IMG/VR virus record: IMGVR_UViG_3300042882_000890
Coordinates: 32,001 to 96,000 of that record
Source of the DNA: a virus
Strand: one strand, 5' to 3'
Length of the DNA stretch: 64,000 nt
This document shows, piece after piece, positions 57,138-64,000 of the stretch (the stretch's first letter is position 1; each line of letters begins with the position of its first letter). Under the pieces are notes generated by a model. That model was given only the letters and a program-made list of their open reading frames with translations, was not told the origin of the DNA and ran no database searches. The translations under genes and the position numbers were made by a program.

Positions 57138-59987
57138 TTACATTGTTTGTTTATACAAAGCCTTTTTTCTCATTTCTGAAATCTGGTCTCCTATGTATTT
57201 ATTAATTAAAACTGCTGTTATCTTATTAAAATTAGAAGTATTATAATCTACAGCTAAGGGTTCTTTTTGAGCCACTTTCTTACCATCTTTTACAATATAT
57301 GGTATAAAACCTCCTCCACCTCTAGGTTTTTCAAACTCCACTGAGTAATTAGAATTTAAAACGTCATTATAAAACAGTTTTGCATCTTCTGCCGGTAAAT
57401 ACCTAGAGGCTTCATTTATAAATTCTTCTCTAGTTTTAAATTCTGAAAAATTAGAGCTTTGGTAAAAACTTGCTTCCTCTTGAGAAAGATTGTTATTTTC
57501 TAAAAACTTTTTTGTAAACTCATATCTAGAATCCAAATCATTAAATGGCTTGTAGCTAAAAGTTGTTTTCATTGGTGTGGGATTTCTAGAAGAAAAATCC
57601 CAATTTGTTTCTTGTCCTAAGCTTTTTATTAAAGGTGCTGGTAGATTGCTAACAGGTATCTGTTTTTCAGTAAGTACTTGCTCTTTTGTTTGACCGCCTT
57701 TTTCTTTAGGTATAAGTACTAACTCTGTGTAAGAAACTGTTGCTACTCCATCTTTTATCCCTTTAATGGTAATAAAGTTGTTATCTTTATCCGGAGAGCC
57801 GCCTGCTGCAACAATAGCTGCTTCTATTTGACCTATATAAGCTTTATCTACTTTACTTTCTTTATTTAAAACTATAGAAGTTTCGTAAGGAGCGTTAGCT
57901 AGATTAGGTTTTAGTATTTTATCAAATCTATCTTTTACAGAATCTTTAGATGCTGTCACTCTATCCCATACACCTTCTGATTTACCTAGTTTTATATCAT
58001 CAGCTTGTACTTGTCTAAGGTCTGAATCAGTCGCTAACATTTTGTCTATTGCAAAACCACCTTGTCTATTACCTTTTAATATTTGTTCCCAATTATCTTT
58101 TATACCTTTCTTAACTCCTGCCTCACCCTCTCTTTGGGCTTTATCTCTCCAATCAAACAAAGTTGTACCTATAACTCTGCCTGCTGTACCAATTGTCAGT
58201 CCAAACGCCCCAGACAAAGTATTTCCAACTCCGTCCCAAAAACCTTCTTCTACAGGCTTGTATTTAATTAAGTCTTTTTCGGATATTTTATTTTTTTGTC
58301 TGAAGTTTCCGATAAAAAAGTCCATTCTTTCTTTGTCTTCATCTTCATCAAGTACATATTCTCTTATGTTTTTGGCTATCTCATATTGTGCTAATATTTT
58401 ATCTCTAGCTGGAACCTGTGAAGCATCTTTATATTTTTTTAATAACTCCGCAGTTTTTGGTGCAGTTATAGATAAACCTTCTACGTTTAGGTCTTTATTT
58501 TTACCACCAAAAAGACCGGTAAATATCTCGTTTACATCTTTACCATAGTACTCTTCTGCTTGTTTAGATAAATGGTAAGATTGCTTATTATACTGCTCTA
58601 CTTTTTTGTAATTGTCAATAACATCTGATGGGTAAGCTTGTGCATTGACATCAAAACCGGTTTTAGATGCTTCTCTTAGACCCACATAAAAATTTTCAAT
58701 ATCTTTTGCAGATGTGCCTTTTCCTTCTTTTGCTAGTTGTTGTTTTATGGTGCCTTGTAATGTATTCCAAGCTTGTTGTCTACCATCTTTATACCTTTTT
58801 AGAACTGAACCTTTTTTCTCTTCTCCCTCTTGGTATGCTTTAGCCTCTTCTGGAGTTAAGTCTCTTTTAAAAGCGGTGCCTGCTGGTAAACCTGGTGTAC
58901 CTAAACCTCCTGCACCTGAAGTACCAGTTCCATCTTTTTTATTAGCTGCATCTAAAAACATATCATTAAAATCGATATCTGTAATTGCTGCGTAGCTATA
59001 AGTCTTCTTGTAGGATTCGGTTAGGTTGTTTACATAGTTGTTAAATAAAAAACTATCTCTATTATAACCTTGACCATTAGCTTGAGCTTCTGTAAACTCT
59101 TTTTTCTTAGTAATAGTGGCTTTTTTCTGATTTAGTATTTGAAGTCTTTCTGCATTATCTGGGTTGGTATTTTTTATTTGGTAGTCTATTTCAGTCATCT
59201 GCATGTTCATATTATCAAGTACAGGTTTAACTACTTCTTTATAATTACTTAATAAAGCTTCATCAGAAACCCCCCTATACTTGTAATGTGAATCTATCAT
59301 TAACTGCTGTTTAAGATTAGAATCTGTTAGTATTCTGTTTTCTACAAAGTTTGCTATTTGTTCTTCAGATAGAGTTTTTCCTTTTACTGTTTTATAAATA
59401 TAGCCCCCTTCAACACTAGAGTCTACTACCTTTTCAAAACCCATTTCTTTAGCCCATTTATCTAATGGTTCGTTTAAGTTTTTTGGGACATCGTAATAAG
59501 GTTTATATTGTAAATTTCCTAAATCATCGGTCTCACCATTCATGTAAGCAGCATACCCTGATTTATCCATAGCATACGCATAGTTTGCATCGTTATACAA
59601 CTCAGGTTTTTCTTTTTTAATCCTTGCGGCTTCTTGTTGAAAGCTTTGTATTTTTTGAGAGTTACCTATTTGCGTTTTTACATTATCATCAATAGCAGTA
59701 CTTATGTAATTAGATATTTGTCTAGTTACATTATTATTGGTCATATCAACTTTAGAATTAGCATCAACCATTGACAGTAATCCGTTTAGCCTATCCCCAA
59801 GATACTTTTTATCTTGGTCTCTAACTAAAGGTACGCTTGTAATTTTTTGTATAAGGTCATCAACCTTGGCTACATTTACATCAAACCTTTGTTGTAAGGC
59901 TGTTTGTACTTGCCCCGTAAGTTGAGCTATATCCATTGTGGATATCGTAGGACTGTATGTTAATGGGGCTGTATATGCGTTTGCCAT
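57138..59987 (-). CDS. probable virion structural/ejection protein (949 aa)
   Basis: context; helical with a Gly-rich linker. Confidence 0.6.
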   Translation of the reverse strand: MANAYTAPLTYSPTISTMDIAQLTGQVQTALQQRFDVNVAKVDDLIQKITSVPLVRDQDKKYLGDRLNGLLSMVDANSKVDMTNNNVTRQISNYISTAIDDNVKTQIGNSQKIQSFQQEAARIKKEKPELYNDANYAYAMDKSGYAAYMNGETDDLGNLQYKPYYDVPKNLNEPLDKWAKEMGFEKVVDSSVEGGYIYKTVKGKTLSEEQIANFVENRILTDSNLKQQLMIDSHYKYRGVSDEALLSNYKEVVKPVLDNMNMQMTEIDYQIKNTNPDNAERLQILNQKKATITKKKEFTEAQANGQGYNRDSFLFNNYVNNLTESYKKTYSYAAITDIDFNDMFLDAANKKDGTGTSGAGGLGTPGLPAGTAFKRDLTPEEAKAYQEGEEKKGSVLKRYKDGRQQAWNTLQGTIKQQLAKEGKGTSAKDIENFYVGLREASKTGFDVNAQAYPSDVIDNYKKVEQYNKQSYHLSKQAEEYYGKDVNEIFTGLFGGKNKDLNVEGLSITAPKTAELLKKYKDASQVPARDKILAQYEIAKNIREYVLDEDEDKERMDFFIGNFRQKNKISEKDLIKYKPVEEGFWDGVGNTLSGAFGLTIGTAGRVIGTTLFDWRDKAQREGEAGVKKGIKDNWEQILKGNRQGGFAIDKMLATDSDLRQVQADDIKLGKSEGVWDRVTASKDSVKDRFDKILKPNLANAPYETSIVLNKESKVDKAYIGQIEAAIVAAGGSPDKDNNFITIKGIKDGVATVSYTELVLIPKEKGGQTKEQVLTEKQIPVSNLPAPLIKSLGQETNWDFSSRNPTPMKTTFSYKPFNDLDSRYEFTKKFLENNNLSQEEASFYQSSNFSEFKTREEFINEASRYLPAEDAKLFYNDVLNSNYSVEFEKPRGGGGFIPYIVKDGKKVAQKEPLAVDYNTSNFNKITAVLINKYIGDQISEMRKKALYKQTM

Positions 59988-60005
59988 ATTGTATTAAAAT
60001 TTATG

Positions 60006-60037
60006 CAAAATTACGAATTATAATTGTTTTTTACAAA
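60006..60037 (-). promoter_or_regulatory. Bacteroidota sigma70-type promoter
   Basis: TTTG-N20-TAATTTTG on the - strand. Confidence 0.75.
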
Positions 60038-60046
60038 TTAATTAAA

Positions 60047-61978
60047 TTATTTTTTAAACCTACCTCCAAATTTTGCTGTGGCTGTCTTAGTTTTTTTACT
60101 GGTCTTGGTTTTTTTATCTTCCTTATTAAGGTTTTCTATATAGGGTACATTCCCAGTACCATAACCTATATCTCTATTTACTTCGTACCCCTCACCCGTA
60201 AACTGTACATCTGGATTTAAGGCATTATATCTATTCAAAGCTTCTATGTACTTGTAATTGTTAATCTGGTTTGATGCAAGCTTGTCATAGTATCCTTGAA
60301 TCTCCTTGTCGTAATTGCCTAAAGCAGTTTGAGTTCTTTGTTCATAGCTTAAAGCATCACCTGCTGAAGCATTTTCTTCTGCATCTGAGACTTTTGCATT
60401 ATAAGTATCAACAGCGTTTCTAGCGGCAGCATTTGCTCTGTTTACATCTGCTATTGCTTTATTAGACATCATATTTTCATTAGCTGTAAGTCCTATTTCA
60501 GCTGCTGCTCTTTGCTGTGGTGTTAGTTCTTGTAGTGACTGTCTAGAAGCTGCTGCTGAACGGTTCATTTCTGTTAGCTGTTGTTCTGGAGATATGTCGT
60601 TATAACCAATTCTACTAAACCTTCTTTGTACTTTTAGGCTAGGTAGCAAGTTAGGCAACATAGGTGATTGGTCTGGTAATAGCAAAAGACCTCTTCTATT
60701 TTTTTTACCGGGGGCAGCTGCTACATTAGATTGTTCTGGAGTTTCTTCCTCTGGTAAAGTTTGGTTTGTAACATTTGGTGCTTTATATAATGGGGCAACT
60801 GGCATAGGTGCTTTGTATTCTGGTTTTTTTGGAACACCAGCCGCTAAAGTAGGAAATCTCCAATCCCATTTATCGTCATTAAAGCCCTCTAATAAGAAAT
60901 TGTTATAGTCTTCCTTTTTTATCGCTCCATCTGGTTCTCCTGTTTGTCCTAATGGATAAGACTGTTTAAGCTTATCTTTTTCCTCTTTTGTGTAAGAAGC
61001 TGAATCTTTATCTGGAGAGATACCAGTGTTTTCAAATACCCATGGGGCATTCTTTTTTAGCATATCTACGTGCTTTGCTGTAAGTGGTTGCCCAGAGTCT
61101 GTAAAGTATTTTATTACTTCTTCTGGTCTATTTTTAACCATCCATGCTTGTAACTTACCAGCTTCTTTTCCTAAATCTTTGGCGTTAGGGTTTACATCAC
61201 CTTCATACCCGGCTGCTTCTGCACTTTTAACAAAATCCTTAAATCTTTTTCTTCTATCTTCTTCGGTATATTCTGCTACTGCATCTTGATAGTGTGGTAA
61301 GCTTGATAAAAGTTCCTTAGCTCTTTTTGGGTCTATGCCATATCTAGAAGCTGTTTCTAAATAGCTACCGCCCATTTGCATCTTACTTCCTGATTGTTCT
61401 TTCTTAGACATCTCTTGTTCCTCAAAAAGCATCTCAAAAAACCCAGCCATCTCTTTTTCTAATGGTTGTTTTTGTTTGTTTTTAGAGTTCAAAGTGTTAT
61501 TTAAAAATTGATTGTTTATAGCAAAAGTCGTTTTATCTTTTGATTTTTCTAAATCCATTTTTAAGATAAGATTCTCTATCTCTTTGTTTAGTTTAGGTAA
61601 GTCTGAAGCATTGTTAAACCTATCCAGAGCTTTTGCATAAGTGTCTGTAGCTCTAAACGGTAGTTTTAAGCTTTTAGTTAACTGCTTGGCTAAATCGGCA
61701 CCAATTTTTAAGTGGTCACTAAGTATTCTTGCACCCTCTTCTAGCTTGACTGGTGTACCACCTTTTTCGTGAGTATTCCCACCAAACTTTCTAATACCGT
61801 TTGAGTCAAAAACATACTCGTTTTTTTCCACTTCAGCGTTAGCTAAATACAATCTGTCTTTAGTCAAAGGAGCCTGGTAATTACCGGCAAGCTCCTTTGC
61901 TAATTCTTTTTTTGTTCCCCCTTCTGAAAAGAAGATATTTTCAAATACTTCTCTAGGTATTTCTATTTTATTATTCAT
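60047..61978 (-). CDS. probable virion protein (643 aa)
   Basis: EVEKNE...G.THEKGG N-terminal motif; ends AKFGGRFKK. Confidence 0.6.
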   Translation of the reverse strand: MNNKIEIPREVFENIFFSEGGTKKELAKELAGNYQAPLTKDRLYLANAEVEKNEYVFDSNGIRKFGGNTHEKGGTPVKLEEGARILSDHLKIGADLAKQLTKSLKLPFRATDTYAKALDRFNNASDLPKLNKEIENLILKMDLEKSKDKTTFAINNQFLNNTLNSKNKQKQPLEKEMAGFFEMLFEEQEMSKKEQSGSKMQMGGSYLETASRYGIDPKRAKELLSSLPHYQDAVAEYTEEDRRKRFKDFVKSAEAAGYEGDVNPNAKDLGKEAGKLQAWMVKNRPEEVIKYFTDSGQPLTAKHVDMLKKNAPWVFENTGISPDKDSASYTKEEKDKLKQSYPLGQTGEPDGAIKKEDYNNFLLEGFNDDKWDWRFPTLAAGVPKKPEYKAPMPVAPLYKAPNVTNQTLPEEETPEQSNVAAAPGKKNRRGLLLLPDQSPMLPNLLPSLKVQRRFSRIGYNDISPEQQLTEMNRSAAASRQSLQELTPQQRAAAEIGLTANENMMSNKAIADVNRANAAARNAVDTYNAKVSDAEENASAGDALSYEQRTQTALGNYDKEIQGYYDKLASNQINNYKYIEALNRYNALNPDVQFTGEGYEVNRDIGYGTGNVPYIENLNKEDKKTKTSKKTKTATAKFGGRFKK

Positions 61979-64000
61979 AGCTTACTATATATGAGTCTGT
62001 TTTTGGATTATATGTGTAGTTTTTAATAGTCTTACCTACTAAAGCTCTCATGTATTTGCCTCCTTTTGACATTTGTGGAGTACCTTCTTCTTCCTCTTCT
62101 TCACCACCTTGCATTTCTTGAAGTATCTCTTGTATCATTTGCATAGCTTCTTCTTCAGGCATTCCCATTTGAACTAGCTGTTGTAATATTTGCTGAGGGT
62201 CTGCTCCTTGTTTTAAAGCTTGCTCTACTTGGTCTTCGATTTGTTCTGACATTGCAGATTCGTTTTCCATACCTTCGTTTTCTTCTTCCATATCATCTTC
62301 CATCATTTCTCCACCTTCTTGCCAAGTGCCAAACTTTTTGTGCCAATATAAAGGGCTAAATGGGTCGTTTGCTTTAGCTGAATCTTTTCCTCCCATTCTG
62401 TTCCAGAAATTCTTTTTCCTGTCCTCTGAACCGTGTTGAGAAAAATCTTTCATTTTGCTATCTCCACCGTGAACTACTTTGTATTGGTCTCCTTTTTTGG
62501 CAAGAACCATCCATTTTTTACCTGGTCTTGTAGACTGTCTTTTTACTCCTACTTTTGTAAAACCATCATTTTTATATCTTTCAGGTATACCACCGCCATC
62601 TCTCATTTGAGGAGTGTCTTGTGGTGCTTGCATTTGTTGCATTACCGCTTGAACCAGTTGTATTGCTTGGTCTTCTGGAATACCGGCTTCTACCAACATT
62701 TGTAGTACCTCTTCTGGCTGTGCTCCTTGTTGTAACATTTGTGCTACCTGTTGCATCATTTCTTGAGCTGGGTCTGCTTCAGGCTCCATACCTCCTTCTT
62801 GGTACATATTAGACATAATTTTAGCCTGTACCTCTTTAGGTAGAGCTTTAAATCCTGGGTTATTTATACCACCTTCAGCGTACATATAGCCACCCATTTC
62901 TTTTTTATTGGCTTTTATTTTTCTTTCTTGTTCTAACATTTCTTTAGTTGGTTCTTTTCCGGAACCTGCATTATCTCTAATGTTATCCCAAAGACCTCTT
63001 CTTGAATACGAACCATCTTTACGCTTAATCATTTCTCCACCTCTTCTCATTTGTGGTGTTCCTTCCTCCATTTGTTGCCCTTGTTGTTGAACCTGCTCCA
63101 TAATAGCTTGAACCAGTTGTATTGCTTGGTCTTCAGTCATTCCAGATTCCATTAACATAGCCATAGCTTCTTGAGGTTGCATACCTTGTTGCATAGCTTG
63201 TGCTACTTGTTGGGCTATTTGTTGTTCTCCACCATCTTGGTAGTATCCTCCGTCATAAAACATTGGTTCTACCCCTATGTAGTCTAAGCCTCTGTTTAAA
63301 GTACCCCTGAAACCTGTAGAAGAAGGTTTTGTTTTTTTATACTCTTCTCTCCAGTTTGTTGGTAAGTATTTATCTGAACCTTCCAAAGATAACTCACGTT
63401 TAGTAGACATACCCTCTCCCGGCTTTCCGTAGCTAATAATGTTCAAAAACTCTTGTGGGGACATCTTATATTGTTTAGCTAAAGAGTTCACTTCAGATTT
63501 TGTTAATCCAGTGTTTCCTCCTGAATGTCTTACCATATCATTATCCTTAAAGCTTTTTTCATCATAAGTGTCGTAATCCCCACCATCTTGGTATTTTATA
63601 AATGGTGTGCTAGAAGGTATTTTTCCCCATACGTCTTCCAACTCTTTTTGTCTTTTTATCTTATTTTTATATTGTGCTAAATGGTATGCGTTTGCTTCTT
63701 CTGCTGTAGCATTCGCTCTTAGCCTAGGCATTCTTCTTCCGCTGTCATCAAGTGGTGGTAGAGTTATTGATGACGAGAAGTTTCTTTCTAGGAAGTTTAA
63801 TGGTTTTCCGTCTAGTCCTACCATTACTCCTTTTGCATTTCTTAAATCACCCTCACTATCATTATACCACCCTTTATAAGGGTCTACATAGTTATTTTTT
63901 TTAGGTCTTGTAACTACAACTTCTTTTAGTTGACCCCCGTTATATGTCTTCTCACCCTTCGGTGATGATTTTCTTAGGTATTCTTTTTTAAATCTTGGGT
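61971..64000 (-). CDS. modular Gln/Met-rich probable virion protein, 5'-truncated by the window edge
   Basis: frame stays open from 63824 to 64000; three helical repeats; recurrent xxxGG motifs. Confidence 0.7.
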   Translation of the reverse strand, partial: PRFKKEYLRKSSPKGEKTYNGGQLKEVVVTRPKKNNYVDPYKGWYNDSEGDLRNAKGVMVGLDGKPLNFLERNFSSSITLPPLDDSGRRMPRLRANATAEEANAYHLAQYKNKIKRQKELEDVWGKIPSSTPFIKYQDGGDYDTYDEKSFKDNDMVRHSGGNTGLTKSEVNSLAKQYKMSPQEFLNIISYGKPGEGMSTKRELSLEGSDKYLPTNWREEYKKTKPSSTGFRGTLNRGLDYIGVEPMFYDGGYYQDGGEQQIAQQVAQAMQQGMQPQEAMAMLMESGMTEDQAIQLVQAIMEQVQQQGQQMEEGTPQMRRGGEMIKRKDGSYSRRGLWDNIRDNAGSGKEPTKEMLEQERKIKANKKEMGGYMYAEGGINNPGFKALPKEVQAKIMSNMYQEGGMEPEADPAQEMMQQVAQMLQQGAQPEEVLQMLVEAGIPEDQAIQLVQAVMQQMQAPQDTPQMRDGGGIPERYKNDGFTKVGVKRQSTRPGKKWMVLAKKGDQYKVVHGGDSKMKDFSQHGSEDRKKNFWNRMGGKDSAKANDPFSPLYWHKKFGTWQEGGEMMEDDMEEENEGMENESAMSEQIEDQVEQALKQGADPQQILQQLVQMGMPEEEAMQMIQEILQEMQGGEEEEEEGTPQMSKGGKYMRALVGKTIKNYTYNPKTDSYIVSYE

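Noticed and set aside
37596-59987. crAss-like virion RNA polymerase among the giant genes
   Set aside because: No DxDxD (DFDID-like) catalytic motif seen in any of the large proteins.
39940-63879. Many short + strand ORFs within the giant - strand genes, and - strand ORFs in 1-37 kb
   Set aside because: Antisense shadows with Ser/Phe/Leu-rich composition and no promoters or credible starts.
1-64000. Stop-codon reassignment as in some crAss-like phages
   Set aside because: Long genes are intact in the standard bacterial code; TAA, TAG and TGA all end genes at tight junctions.
1-64000. Prophage or integrative element
   Set aside because: No integrase, repressor, att site or host housekeeping flank in the window.

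Overview
A 64-kb segment of a large, AT-rich, apparently lytic dsDNA phage of Bacteroidota, probably Flavobacteriia. The host inference rests on about 20 TTTG-N18-20-TAnnTTTG promoters and A-rich starts without Shine-Dalgarno sites. The + strand block (1-37.5 kb) holds dozens of small, mostly acidic early genes, denV, a DnaQ-like and a PD-(D/E)xK exonuclease, nrdB/nrdA, a glucosaminidase, dUTPase, DnaB-like helicase, dNMP kinase, T7-type PolA, a YkuD enzyme, a VirE-N primase, a metallophosphoesterase, and HNH and GIY-YIG endonucleases. It converges on a - strand block of giant probable virion/ejection proteins, one of which is a multi-enzyme polyvalent protein. The most unusual locus is an RNA-rich operon at 16.3-18.2 kb. 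It contains several unrecognised structured RNAs, an anticodon-less tRNA-like element, a circularly permuted (two-piece), highly reduced tmRNA with tag GDVYQLGGVQLRAVA, and tRNA-Ile2/Met(CAT). Also notable are accessory cassettes bounded by a repeated TTTAAAAAGAAATAA junction, and a polyprotein-like virion protein punctuated by xxxGG motifs. All calls were made by eye; no searches were run.
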